This document shows, in pieces, positions 9,905 through 21,500 of a stretch of DNA of 64,000 bases; the stretch's first letter is position 1, and every line of letters begins with the position of its first letter. Below the pieces are notes generated by a model, which was given only the letters and a program-made list of their open reading frames with translations, ran no database searches and was not told the origin of the DNA. The position numbers and the translations under genes were made by a program. Origin of the DNA: Candidatus Levyibacteriota bacterium. Lineage in GTDB: Bacteria > Patescibacteriota > Microgenomatia > Levybacterales > UBA12049. The DNA is taken from NCBI GenBank assembly GCA_038253825.1, contig JBBSGT010000002.1, positions 685 to 64,684 on the forward strand, read 5' to 3'.

Positions 9905-10143
9905 CAACATGATACTGTTTAATATATATTGTTATTAATAACAATGATTAGGTAGGTAAATTTATCAAGTAAACCTAATTGCTGACCGCACACGGAGGCA
10001 TCGTTTTGTTAATAGAATTTTTCTATTAAGAGAAGGATGTCTTTTTTTGTTGGCATAATATATACAAAGTTTATATTTACTATTAATACAGTATAAAAAC
10101 TTATATATGAATAAAAAATACTACAAAAGGGAAATGAAATATC

Positions 10144-10200
10144 GTCAAAACGGAGTTTTCTTCACCTAATTTAATTAGATGAAGTGACCTCCGTTTTTTT
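10144..10200 (+). terminator. Long imperfect hairpin followed by a T-run; terminator or attenuator-like.
   Basis: CAAAACGGAG ... CTCCGTTTTTTT flanking an internal near-palindrome, in the 373-nt leader before the repeat-protein gene. Confidence 0.35.
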
Positions 10201-10277
10201 CTGCTTGCAGAAGAGGACGGAATGAAGTGTTCTCGTCAAAGAGAAACTCTTTATATGAGAGGGGGTGAAAAGAAATT

Positions 10278-11519
10278 ATGACTTTTAATAAACGAATTAC
10301 AACAGCAATCGCAACAGGAGCAGTCTTAGTTAACGCTTTGGCTCCAGTCGCATTTGCGAACACACTTACTGTTTCAGGCAATGGCGCAACATCAAACAGT
10401 GCAGTCAATGTCACAAACAGTTCAAACGCAGTTGTTAATCAAACTAACAACGCAAACATTACTAATAATGTTTCATCAAATGCAACTACAGGTGATAACA
10501 GTTCAAACTTTAACACCGGTGGAAACACTACGATCAGAACAGGTAATGCAAATAACACCGTTAATGTCACAAACGCAGCGAACTTGAATCAAGCTTCTCT
10601 GTCAAATTGTGCATCATGCAACGGCGGAGCAACTAACGTTACTGTTTCAGGTAACGGAGCATTCAGTGATAACGATGGAAGTGTCAATAACACAAGCAAC
10701 GTTTTCCTGAATCAAAATAATGCAGCAAACTTCGACAACAATGTTACGGCTAACTCTACAACTGGTGCAAACGATGCATCGTACAACACAGGTGGAGATA
10801 GTGTTATCTTAACTGGAAACGCAAGAAACACTGTCGGTGTAAGTAACGAAGCTAACGCTAACGTTGCTCAACTCGGCGGCTCTAATGGTACTGCTGGATC
10901 AGCCAGTCTTATCATCAAAGACAACGGTGCATTCAGTGATAACAGTGTAGCTTTGAATCATAACTCAGCAGTTGTGCTGGGTCAAAGTAACGATGCTACT
11001 ATCAGTAACGATGTCGATGCAAATGCTAAAACCGGAAATAACTCATCACAATTCAACACAGGTGGATTCACTGGAATCTCAACTGGAAATGCTACAGACA
11101 AAGTTAACGTAGATAATATGGCTAACTTTAATGCAGCATCACTCGATTGTGGATGTGTTCTAGATGGAACTAACGTTAAAGTAGCAGGAAATGGTGCTGA
11201 ATCTGAGAATTCTGTAGATGCAGCAGCAAACAATGCTGTTTTTAACGATCAAGCTAATAGTGCTGACCTTGGAAACAATGTAAATGGTGATGCTAAAACG
11301 GGTTCTAACGACCTCGGATTTAGTACAGGAGATGTTACAGGTGACCCAGTCATCTACACAGGTGTTTCTAATTCAACCACCGGTGTAAACAACTCAGGTA
11401 ACGTCAATGTCTTAGGCAATGGCGGAACCACTATGCACCTTCCTTGGAACAATACTGAAGTAGGGACTTCATTTGACCTTTCAGGTCTTTGGACTCTTCT
11501 TCACGGCTGGATGGCATAA
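10278..11519 (+). CDS. Secreted N/T/S/G-rich repeat protein, beta-solenoid-like, with about four ~100 aa repeats.
   Basis: Signal peptide (AVLVNALAPVAFA), repeated units (VSGNGAxS ... TGxNxSxFNTGG ... TGNAxNTVNVxNxAN), and a strong RBS (GGGGGTGAAAAG). Confidence 0.7.
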   Translation: MTFNKRITTAIATGAVLVNALAPVAFANTLTVSGNGATSNSAVNVTNSSNAVVNQTNNANITNNVSSNATTGDNSSNFNTGGNTTIRTGNANNTVNVTNAANLNQASLSNCASCNGGATNVTVSGNGAFSDNDGSVNNTSNVFLNQNNAANFDNNVTANSTTGANDASYNTGGDSVILTGNARNTVGVSNEANANVAQLGGSNGTAGSASLIIKDNGAFSDNSVALNHNSAVVLGQSNDATISNDVDANAKTGNNSSQFNTGGFTGISTGNATDKVNVDNMANFNAASLDCGCVLDGTNVKVAGNGAESENSVDAAANNAVFNDQANSADLGNNVNGDAKTGSNDLGFSTGDVTGDPVIYTGVSNSTTGVNNSGNVNVLGNGGTTMHLPWNNTEVGTSFDLSGLWTLLHGWMA

Positions 11520-11593
11520 TAATTTGTTCGGTAGTGGTGCTTTGCTAGCACTTCAGTAAGGCACCCTACCAACAAAGAAAATAAGAATAGAGA

Positions 11594-13888
11594 ATGAGGA
11601 ATGAAGAAAAACAATCTAACTATAACACAATTAATAAACATATGAAAAATTTACTTAAAAAATACATTGCAATAATCACAATCACAGCTGTACTTTTCTT
11701 ACAGGTAAGTCCTGCATTGGTACGGGCGGATGATGTATCTCCAGCACCAACTGTTTCTACAACACCTCCTATAGAACCAACAGCGCCGATTGCACCGACC
11801 GCTCCTGCAGCACCTGATCAAACATCTGGTAATACTGCAAATATCATACCAACTCCTACGCCTGATGCTGTGGCTGTTGCTCGAGATGCACAAAAAGCTG
11901 CAGCAAAAGCAGCATGGGAAGCAGCTTATTATGCTACCCCAACTCCTACTCCAGCAGGGGGCAATACAGGAGTCACTTCAAATGGAAATAACGGAAATAC
12001 AGCAATAAGTACAGGAATTGCAAACAATAATGGTTCAACTGTCACGACAGCGAACACAAATGGAGCAACCGTGCTGGGTGGAACAGGAAAAGGTTCAGGA
12101 TCATCAGCAGTTGTAAATAATGGCAATGGTGTAGGATCAAATAATAATGGTTCTTCGGCTTCAATTGTAAATAGTGACACTAATCAGAACAACAGTGCGC
12201 AGGTGGGTAATGTTTTAAATCAATCATCAACAACTGGATCAAATAATTCCTCAATAAATGTTGGTAATACAAGTATCAACTCCGGTAACTCGAACACTTC
12301 AGGAACAGCAGTTACAGCTGTTAATACGAATATGGCAGGGGTGCAAGTCTCTCAATTTGATGTCAATAATGATACAACGGGAGATCTCGTTCTTACACCA
12401 GAGATGTTTGCAGCCAATTGTGTCTCAAATTGTGGAGGAACAGGCAAGGTCTCCAATACAGGCAACGGGGCAAATTCAAATAATACGGCAGATGCGACAC
12501 AACAAATAAATGGTACGACATTTCAAAACAACGACGCAGCTGTCGGCAATAATATGACTTTGTCCGCAAATTCAGGTAATAACGCTACTTCCTATAACAC
12601 TGGTGGTGACAATACAATTACTACCGGGAATGCCAATGTTTCAGCAAATTCACTCGTATTTGCCAACAACAATATCGCAGGAAATGTTACTTACGGCGTC
12701 GTCAACCTCTACGGCAATCTTACCGGTGATATCGTTATTCCAGATTTTACGAATGGACCGGTCACCGGGACTGGTACTGGTACAACAACAGCAAATACTA
12801 ATAATGGAGCCGGTTCTACGAATAATACTGGTTCTGATAATATCGCTAACTCAAATACCTCCCAGAACAACGACGCAACCATTAACAATAATTTAATTAT
12901 CAATGGCACCACGGGTGGTAATAGTGCAAACGGAACAACAGATGGCAACACTACTCTCGTCACAGGAAGCACTAAGGTTGATGCAAATGTTCTTAATGTT
13001 GCAAATAATAACGTGGACGGTGGTAATATGTGGCTTGTTCTCGTCAACGATGCCGGGAATTGGGTAGGTCAGTTACTCGGTGCACCTGCAGGAGCTAATG
13101 CTGCTGCATCAGCAGGAACAACACTTTCTTATGGGCCTGACGGACAAATTACTGCCTCAAATGGTAGCAATGGAGCTGGCTCTACGAACAATACAAATGT
13201 GTCTAGTTCCACCAATAGTACAAACGGACAAAACAATAACGGAGTCATTAATAATACATTGAACTTATCCGCAAATACTGGCAATAATCAAGCAAATTAC
13301 AATACCGGTGGAAACAACACTATCAAAACCGGTAATGCAAACGTCGTTGCAAATATGGTCAACTTCGTCAACAATAACATCACAGGTACAGGTCATCTCT
13401 ATGTTGTTGTCGTGAATGTGTTCCATGATTGGCTGGGCAATTTAGTAACTCCAGGACAAACTGATCCAAATGATCCTGCCAAGGCAAAAAGCAACACGAC
13501 ACAAAGCGCACAAGCACTACAACCTACAGCAGCACCAACGAATAATACGACAACAACAACTGGACAGACAACTACTGACAGTGTCACACCTTCTGATGCT
13601 CCAGCTGGTACTGAGATAGCAACAAACAGTGGATCATCAACAATTTACTCTTCATCACATAACCGTGCAATAGTACATGGTGGTACAACCGGGAATTTAT
13701 CAAATGCTAAAGTAGCTGGTGCTAGTACCGACAATCCGAATGACAGTCACAATGCAGCTACAGTCCTGGGTGCACAAGATAGTAAAAAGATATTGACTAT
13801 TAACTTAGCATGGCTCTTACTCATTGTTCCGGTTATGCTCTTTGGATTACTTGGAAAGAAGCTACTCGTAAAACGCTTCGCAAAATAA
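11594..13888 (+). CDS. Large surface repeat protein of the same family, with a Pro/Thr/Ala linker and a C-terminal transmembrane anchor.
   Basis: Signal peptide or anchor, the same NTGG/TGNA repeats, a T/N-rich stretch, and a C-terminal hydrophobic helix followed by a basic tail (LLIVPVMLFGLLGKKLLVKRFAK). Confidence 0.7.
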   Translation: MRNEEKQSNYNTINKHMKNLLKKYIAIITITAVLFLQVSPALVRADDVSPAPTVSTTPPIEPTAPIAPTAPAAPDQTSGNTANIIPTPTPDAVAVARDAQKAAAKAAWEAAYYATPTPTPAGGNTGVTSNGNNGNTAISTGIANNNGSTVTTANTNGATVLGGTGKGSGSSAVVNNGNGVGSNNNGSSASIVNSDTNQNNSAQVGNVLNQSSTTGSNNSSINVGNTSINSGNSNTSGTAVTAVNTNMAGVQVSQFDVNNDTTGDLVLTPEMFAANCVSNCGGTGKVSNTGNGANSNNTADATQQINGTTFQNNDAAVGNNMTLSANSGNNATSYNTGGDNTITTGNANVSANSLVFANNNIAGNVTYGVVNLYGNLTGDIVIPDFTNGPVTGTGTGTTTANTNNGAGSTNNTGSDNIANSNTSQNNDATINNNLIINGTTGGNSANGTTDGNTTLVTGSTKVDANVLNVANNNVDGGNMWLVLVNDAGNWVGQLLGAPAGANAAASAGTTLSYGPDGQITASNGSNGAGSTNNTNVSSSTNSTNGQNNNGVINNTLNLSANTGNNQANYNTGGNNTIKTGNANVVANMVNFVNNNITGTGHLYVVVVNVFHDWLGNLVTPGQTDPNDPAKAKSNTTQSAQALQPTAAPTNNTTTTTGQTTTDSVTPSDAPAGTEIATNSGSSTIYSSSHNRAIVHGGTTGNLSNAKVAGASTDNPNDSHNAATVLGAQDSKKILTINLAWLLLIVPVMLFGLLGKKLLVKRFAK

Positions 13889-14257
13889 TGTTGTCCCCAT
13901 TGTAGAAGTTTATTTTTTAGAAGACATTGCCTTTTTAGGAAAGTTGTTGGTATAAAGTACTGTTGCAAACCAACCCCAATTCTTATCATTGTAACTCTTT
14001 GACATCCTGCCAATAGCCACTTTTATTATACGTTTTTGTATATACTTCCGTTGCAATGTCATTTGATACTTTTGGATCTTATGACGCAAACACCATCATA
14101 GCAGCCGTATCATTACTCAGTGAATCATAGTCTACTGCTTTTTTACCAACTAGTAGATAAACCGGACAAAGATCACACAAAACAATGAGTTATATTACAA
14201 ATAGAATTTAAGTTAATAAATATCGTTATATGACGTTTGTAGGATAAATAAATAGTG

Positions 14258-15859
14258 CTAGTTTATTCGTTTAAATATGAGGATATCTTGGGAGGTGTAG
14301 ACTTTCTTAAAATATTTATAAAGATCACCTTGAATTTTTGAGTTATTGTAAATTGCAGACCAAACTGCATCATTCTTTTGCATGACAATCCAGGTTGCAT
14401 ATTTTTCGGGATGTTTTAGCGATTCATCCCAATATGGTTTGTTTCCTACATAAATTACCTTTTGCATAGGAATTGTGCTTTGGGTAATACTTATCGTCCG
14501 AGCATAATCGTCAATGAGTACGAATCCCCCATCGTAATGTTCGTTAATAAATTGCTCTACGTTGGTCGGAACTTTATTGGCTGAAAGGCCATGTGTACCA
14601 TCAGCAAGCGTTATGACAGGGGTATCGCCCATAAAGAAAAGTGCTGTTTGTAATATAAGTAACATGATAAGCACAAGTTTCAAACTCTTATGTACTCTTG
14701 CAACAAGATAGCCAAAGAATACAGCCATAAAAGGAATTATCATAACACCATAGCGAACATTGAATAAATGATAATCAAAATGCTGTGGTGTCAAACCAGG
14801 AATAAAGATAACTGCCTGACCCAAAAAGAGTGAGACTACGTTAAAAACAAAAGGAACAAATAAGACCAAGAGTGTTCCAATTCTTGCTTTAGCAGAATTA
14901 CTTGCCAGAAAAACTATCGACCCAACAAGAGAAATAACGAAAATAAAGAATCCAGTGTTTGCTAGTGCTGTGTAGACATAATAAATAATTGATAAGAGCA
15001 GGTTATGATATGCAGGTAATTCACCTTTTGCCATCCAAGCGAGTTGTTGAGATTTTGCAGAATAAATACTATCAGTAAAATATAAAGGATCACCCAAAAT
15101 TAAACCGCCCCAAACGAACCAGCAAAGGATACCAAATCCGGCCAGGGTCACAAACAAAATCATATCTCCTTTTTGTCTGACAAAAAGTTTACGATTAAAA
15201 ATACCAGGAGAGATAACAATAAGTGTTTCGAAAAGAACGAGAAACCAACCATCATATCGTGTTAAAGATGCACCGAAAGCAAAAAGACCTGCAAGTATCA
15301 GCGAGGATAAAACGTGATTTCCATGAAGGTATTTAACAAAATAATAAGATGACAAGATGAAGAAAGCAATAAGGGGTATTTCAGTCATTGGGGTTGATTG
15401 CAAATATAAAATATTAAGATTCGTGGCAAAAATGGTAAATGCAATAAAAGATGCAAAGTTATGTTGTGTGATGAGTCTTGTGAGTTTAAAGATATAAATA
15501 CAAGCAATGACATAAAAAATACCTGAGATCAGTGAACCTGCAAGACCTGTACGCCATAAAGGATCTGCTATAACAAATGGCAGCATTAAAATATGCGTCA
15601 TCGGTAACCAAATGCCACCGAGTTGCGCAAACCCAGGTGTTAAACCGTTCACTACTTTTTTAGCGATATTGATATGTGATTCAGCGTCGCCGTAAGCAAG
15701 TATCCAGTGATTGATATACGAAATATACGTAGCAATAAACGCAGCACATATCGACAGGAGAAAAATCATTTTTTCCATATTTGTCGAAAAGAAAAGTTTT
15801 ATCTTTTTATTGAAACTCTCCATAAATGTTTGTTGTCTGGTGATAATAAAACTTTGCAT
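14258..15859 (-). CDS. Polytopic membrane protein, family A paralog 1; putative GT-C-like glycosyltransferase.
   Basis: Carries the motif YGDAESHINIAKKVVNGLTPGFAQLGGIWLPMTHILMLPF shared with 27182, 48397 and 50008, about 11 transmembrane helices, and a soluble C-terminal domain. Confidence 0.65.
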   Translation of the reverse strand: MQSFIITRQQTFMESFNKKIKLFFSTNMEKMIFLLSICAAFIATYISYINHWILAYGDAESHINIAKKVVNGLTPGFAQLGGIWLPMTHILMLPFVIADPLWRTGLAGSLISGIFYVIACIYIFKLTRLITQHNFASFIAFTIFATNLNILYLQSTPMTEIPLIAFFILSSYYFVKYLHGNHVLSSLILAGLFAFGASLTRYDGWFLVLFETLIVISPGIFNRKLFVRQKGDMILFVTLAGFGILCWFVWGGLILGDPLYFTDSIYSAKSQQLAWMAKGELPAYHNLLLSIIYYVYTALANTGFFIFVISLVGSIVFLASNSAKARIGTLLVLFVPFVFNVVSLFLGQAVIFIPGLTPQHFDYHLFNVRYGVMIIPFMAVFFGYLVARVHKSLKLVLIMLLILQTALFFMGDTPVITLADGTHGLSANKVPTNVEQFINEHYDGGFVLIDDYARTISITQSTIPMQKVIYVGNKPYWDESLKHPEKYATWIVMQKNDAVWSAIYNNSKIQGDLYKYFKKVYTSQDILIFKRIN

Positions 15860-15863
15860 ACTT

Positions 15864-18080
15864 TTAAATACCTACCATATTTTTCGTTGCCAATTCTTTC
15901 TTTACTACTTGTTTCACTTGATCACTTGTTTCTTTAAGTTTAAGATGCAAACCGTGTTTTGTTTTTGACCAATGATGGGGTTTTACAATAAGTTGATATA
16001 AAGCAATCCATGATGCAATACTCATTGTTAGCCAGTAAAGTGGAACCAGAAAGACATACTGTATAAGATCGTAATGACCATGTTTTGCACAACCGATCAT
16101 GTAGTAATAAAGATATAAGAAATTACCCACTACCAATGAAAATACACCCATATAAAGAACAGGTGCTGGGAAAAAGGATTCAATAAAATCACCGACAAAA
16201 GGACGGAAAATAAAATAAGTCAACGTAATAAACCACATTAACGGATTGATAAAAAGTGAAAGTACTTTTCCACCTATTACCAGTTGGAATGTAATAAGAT
16301 GTACACGTTTATTACTTGGCAAAAAAGTTTTCAGATTTCTGGTATGAACGAGGTATGTTTGCATGTATCCCTTAATCCATCGTGAACGTTGTGCAAACCA
16401 GTTCATAAGGCTGCTATTTGCTTCTTCCAGTGTCTCTGAATCAACAATGGCTGTCGTATAACCTTCTTTAACCAACCGAATTCCAAGATCAGCATCTTCT
16501 GTCACATTAAAACTATCCCATCCTTTGAGTTTGTGTAAGTCTTTGGTTCTAAAATGGTTTGAAGTTCCACCAAGAGGAATTGGGGCTCCAATAGATTGCA
16601 ACCCCGTTAAAACAAGATCAAACCAAAGTGAATATTCAGCGGTAAAGACTCGAGTTAAGAAATTTTGTTGGGGATTATAGAAATTTAATTTGGCTTGGAC
16701 ACAAATCGTATTTCTTCGAGCTTTCGCAAAAGCTATGACTGATTTTTTTAGCTGCAATGGATCAGGTGCATCTTCAGCATCATAAATTACTGCATACTCT
16801 CCTGTCGCTTTGGTCAAACCATAATTACAAGCTTTTGGCTTGGTTTTTGGATAAGAGTGAGGAACAATAACAACTTCAAAATAAGAAGGCAAGTTAAATT
16901 TTGCGACTTGATCAATCGTCTCTTTATCATTTGCTTCCAACAGCAACATAACTTGTAATTTATCTTTGGGATAAATAAGTTTACTCATAGAGTTAACGAA
17001 TTGCGGGATCACCTGCCATTCCTTATAAAGTGGGCAAAAGACTGTGTAGCTAGGCCAAATGTGGTCAGGAATAGCTTGAATTTCTTCGATGGATACTTTA
17101 ATTTCTGCCGGTTTTACAAAGCTTCTGGTAATCAAATAAAGATTAAATAAGAGATCTATAAAATAAAGAAATGTTAAGACTGCGATAAATATAATAATAG
17201 TAGTGTGCCAGTTAATAATAAGTCCGGTCAGAAGTATAAGCAATGTGACAATTATATAGACTCCTTGTTGAAAGGTAATTCTCTGAAAAGCTGTCTCTGC
17301 TGGCTTTAATAATGAATAGTGAATGAATTCTTTTCCGTTATAGTGAAATCCATTTCCTTTTACTTTCCTTGTGTTGCGATGAAATGGGATAATTTCTTTT
17401 CCTTGAAATTTCATTTTTATGGCATTAATGCCGATTTCCCAACTCGATTTTAGTAAATGAATTTTTGTTTCACCTGAGGTGCGTTTTGCTAGTCGCATAT
17501 TTATGGTATCGATTTTGTAACCAGCATCTAAACTTTTTTTCAGAAATTCTAAATCAAATGTCCAAGGTGAAGGATAAATATGCAGTCGTTCTATAATTTC
17601 TTTCTTAAATATTTTTAAGCCTGACTGAATATCGAAGTTCAGTCCATGGAGAATTTTACCAAAAATATAAAGAAAGCTGCGGCTAAAAAAATTACGAATG
17701 AAAGTAGTATTACTGAGAATACGATTCGCTACAACGACATCAGCCCCTCGATTAATTTTATCAAGCATTTCAGGAATTGATTCAGGTTGATACTGCAAAT
17801 CACCGTCGATCATACAAAGAAGATCATATTGAGCATAACTAAATCCTTCAAGAAGCGACTGGGCCTTGCCTGGGATTCCTTGTTTAAGATATAGACGGAC
17901 AGGAAAACGCTGAGCAAAGTGTTTGACGACTGATTGTGTTTTGTCGCTTGAATGATCATCGACCACAATGATCTCGTAAGATATATTTTTGTGGTAAAGC
18001 GTATTATTAATACGCTCAATAAGATGTCCTATATTCCCTACTTCGTTCCAAGTAGGAATGATAATTGAAAGGCTTTGCAT
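15864..18080 (-). CDS. Bifunctional glycosyltransferase: N-terminal DPM1/ArnC-like GT2 fused through transmembrane helices to a processive synthase-like GT2.
   Basis: N-terminal IIIPTWNE...VVDDHSSD...DGDLQY, and a C-terminal D, D, QRSRW (QxxRW) set with YDAEDAPD. Confidence 0.8.
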   Translation of the reverse strand: MQSLSIIIPTWNEVGNIGHLIERINNTLYHKNISYEIIVVDDHSSDKTQSVVKHFAQRFPVRLYLKQGIPGKAQSLLEGFSYAQYDLLCMIDGDLQYQPESIPEMLDKINRGADVVVANRILSNTTFIRNFFSRSFLYIFGKILHGLNFDIQSGLKIFKKEIIERLHIYPSPWTFDLEFLKKSLDAGYKIDTINMRLAKRTSGETKIHLLKSSWEIGINAIKMKFQGKEIIPFHRNTRKVKGNGFHYNGKEFIHYSLLKPAETAFQRITFQQGVYIIVTLLILLTGLIINWHTTIIIFIAVLTFLYFIDLLFNLYLITRSFVKPAEIKVSIEEIQAIPDHIWPSYTVFCPLYKEWQVIPQFVNSMSKLIYPKDKLQVMLLLEANDKETIDQVAKFNLPSYFEVVIVPHSYPKTKPKACNYGLTKATGEYAVIYDAEDAPDPLQLKKSVIAFAKARRNTICVQAKLNFYNPQQNFLTRVFTAEYSLWFDLVLTGLQSIGAPIPLGGTSNHFRTKDLHKLKGWDSFNVTEDADLGIRLVKEGYTTAIVDSETLEEANSSLMNWFAQRSRWIKGYMQTYLVHTRNLKTFLPSNKRVHLITFQLVIGGKVLSLFINPLMWFITLTYFIFRPFVGDFIESFFPAPVLYMGVFSLVVGNFLYLYYYMIGCAKHGHYDLIQYVFLVPLYWLTMSIASWIALYQLIVKPHHWSKTKHGLHLKLKETSDQVKQVVKKELATKNMVGI

Positions 18081-18582
18081 ATTGTATTTACTTGTGAAAA
18101 CAAGATAGAGTTAGTCATAGTAGGCAGTAGAAACGATTATTTCGTTAAGCAAAAGTATATAGTATTTCTCCCAATAAAGCAAGCCTATAGCAAAATGTAG
18201 TAATTTTTTACAATAATATTAGTAAGTTCAATAATGAAAATAGGTATAACTTTCTGTTAGCTACTGAGGATAGAGAGCTTGTATTTTTTTAAAAAACTTT
18301 AATTTTACTTTATCAACTTAGAGTAATTAATATAATGTTTATATTTTTCACAGAGAAATTTCCACGCAAAATATCATACTATCAGATATTTGTCATAATT
18401 CCTTATTGACATGAGGTAAAACTTTCTGTTATCTTATGTACTAAGACTGCCCCAAAAATAGGAGAATTTTAATTTACTACTTTACTATAAGACGGTTATA
18501 GTGTATAATACTCAAAATTAGGATTGGATAATTGCTGATGAAGCTAAAAAAATAATTAGCTTGTAAAAAATCCAGTCCTTTT

Positions 18583-21500
18583 ATGATAATTTATCAGCTC
18601 ATAGTATCATACATTGCAAAATATATGTCAAATAAAATAAAATTATTCAGTGTTATTATACCTGTCTATAACGAAATTGGTAATATAGCGCAGTTTCATC
18701 AACACTTACTAAAAACACTTACCTCGTATAAAAAACGTTTCGAAATCATCTATATCGATGATAATTCGACAGATGGCACGTATGAATGGTTACAAAGTAT
18801 TTCCCTCGCGCCTACTATTAAGGTAATTTTAAAAAATGGCATTAAAGGTAAAGCATATTCACTCATCCAAGGTTTTGATGTAGCTAAAGGAGATGCTTTT
18901 GTCATGATTGACGGTGATCTTCAGTACCCACCGGAAAAAATTCCAGAGATGATTGATGCGCTACAAATATCTGATATTGTGGTAGCGGAACGAAAGAAAT
19001 ATAAAGATAGCACATTACGCAAATTTCTTAGTAAAGGATTCAAGACAGTATTTGGGAAAATGATGTTTGGTCTGAATACTGATATTCAATCGGGTCTGAA
19101 AGCCTTTACAAAAGAAGTCTATCAAACAATTCAGTTTCAGCCTGTTTCTCCATGGACATTCGATCTTGAATTCCTCTACCGTTCACAACAAGCAGGATTT
19201 AGTATTAAAAATGTATCAATCATCTTTGCTCCACGTTTGAGTGGCGAATCAAAAGTGAATGCTCTTAATCAATCATGGGAAATTGGAACCAACGCACTTT
19301 CAATAAAAATGAAAAGAAAGCTTTATTTGCCAATTAAGGCAGTAAAGGGTTCGATGCGTGGTGCAGGTATTGGATATAAAAAGAAAAAATATATTACCCA
19401 TACGACTTTACCTGCTTCCCTGTCTGCTATCGAAACCTTCTCTCTGTCACAGAAAATATTTTTTCTTGGATTTCCAGTTTTGTTAATCCTTGCTCTTTTT
19501 ATGTTCCCATTGCCTGCGGCAAGAACGATCGTAGGGGTTTTGAGTATGCTCTACTTCATTGATGCCCTCTTTAACGTATTTGTGGTAACTCGCAGTTTGC
19601 AAAAAGATCATGACATTAAAGTAAGTGATGATGAACTTTCACTCCTCGATGAAAGCAAATTGCCACTCTATTCTATTCTTTGTCCTTTATATAAAGAAGC
19701 GCACGTTGTACCACAATTTTTGGAAGGTATCGCAAAGCTTGACTATCCAAAAGATAAATTAGATGTGATGTTTCTTCTTGAAGAGGATGATCTAGAAACT
19801 ATTGCAGCCTTTGGTCAGATGACACTTCCTTACTATGCCCGTACAGTTATTGTTCCTGATTCACAACCAAAAACGAAACCCAAAGCTTGTAACTACGGAT
19901 TGTCTTATGCAAAGGGTAAATATCTTGTTATTTTCGATGCAGAAGATTTGCCAGATCCCCTACAACTGAAAAAGGCAGTTATCGGATTCAAAAAAGTTCC
20001 GGCAGATATTAAATGTTTACAAGCAAAGTTGAGTTATTATAACTCACGTCAGAATTTGCTTACTCGCTTCTTTACTGCAGAGTATGCTTTATGGTTTGAT
20101 GTCACACTGCCAGGTTTGCAATCGCTTAACTCAGCATTGCCGTTGGGTGGTACGAGTAACCATTTCGAGACAGCAAACTTACGCGAACTTGAAGGATGGG
20201 ATCCATTTAACGTAACAGAAGATGCTGATTTGGGTGTCCGGTTGTTCAAACATGGGTACCGTACCGCAATTATCGATTCAACAACCTACGAAGAAGCTAC
20301 AAGTGTGACAAAAAACTGGTTACGACAACGCTCCCGATGGCTTAAAGGTTACATGCAAACGTATTTAGTGCAAATGCGCAACATTAACTCATTTGTAAAG
20401 AATAAAGGTGTCTGGCATACCATAATCTTCCAATTGACAGTTGGTGGCAAGATCCTTTTCGTTCTTTTGAATCCATTTATGTGGATTATCACTATTTTGT
20501 ATTTCAGTGCGTATTCTATTTTTGGTCCGGTGATGCAGGAGATCTATCAACCTCCACTTTCCTATTTCGCAGTCTTTTCGTGGATATTTGGCAACTTTAT
20601 GTTCTTATATTGTTACATGATTGCCGTAGGAAAACGTGGTCAATGGGATCTTGCAAAGTATGTTTTGTTAATTCCGTTTTACTGGGTCCTTATGAGTACA
20701 GCTGCTATGGTTGGTTTGTATCAGCTTATCCTGAAACCTCATTATTGGGAAAAGACAATTCATGGATTCCATTTGACCAAAAAGAATCTACCGGTACCAG
20801 CGGTCAAACCGGTTGGACAGCCAATTGCACAACCTGTGTATGTTGCTGCAGCAACACCAGTAAATAAAATTAAAGATACCCCTTTTGTGCTTACAATGCC
20901 TTCACAAATAAATGTTTCAACATTTATCTTACGATGGTTACCACTCTTTGCGATATTAAACACCGATTTGGTCTTGGCACGGTTTTTCTTACCATATGAA
21001 GATGCACAACTTTATATTGTTCTTTCGTTATTTGGCAAAGCTGTTTTCATACTCAGTCAATTCCTTTCCAACGTCTTAACAGCAGCAACTTCTAAAAAGA
21101 GAGTCAGTAAAGGATATTTATATCGATTACTTTTCTTTACGTTCTTATTCAACTGGATCGGATTTGTGGTATTTGGGTTGGAAGGTTCATATACTATTCC
21201 AGCATTGCTTGGAAATACCTATACAGGCATTATTCCATACATGGGCTATTATCTTTTTGGACTTACTTGTTTGGGCTTGACGAATCGTCTTACAACCTTT
21301 AATCTCTACAAGAAAAAATATTCATATACGATGTTATCGGTAGCGATCATCTTGTTACAAGTACCCTTCATTATTCTGCACCATGAAACAGTTTATAACT
21401 TCGTACGCATCTTTGCGTACTTTGGTTCTATTAATCTTTTCGTCCTCGTTGTCCTTCAGATGAGCGTTGTTAAAAACCTCATTATGGAGAACAACTTTAT

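Noticed and set aside
10175-10414. 79-aa minus-strand ORF over the leader and start of repeat-protein gene 10278.
   Set aside because: It is antisense to a strong RBS and signal peptide, with no support.
11699-13587. Several ORFs inside or antisense to the 764-aa repeat protein gene (11699..11893, 11790..12008, 11929..12180, 12258..12509, 12603..12896, 12709..13047, 13080..13262, 13399..13587).
   Set aside because: They are products of repetitive, compositionally biased DNA. The long frame with a signal peptide and repeat structure is the real gene.
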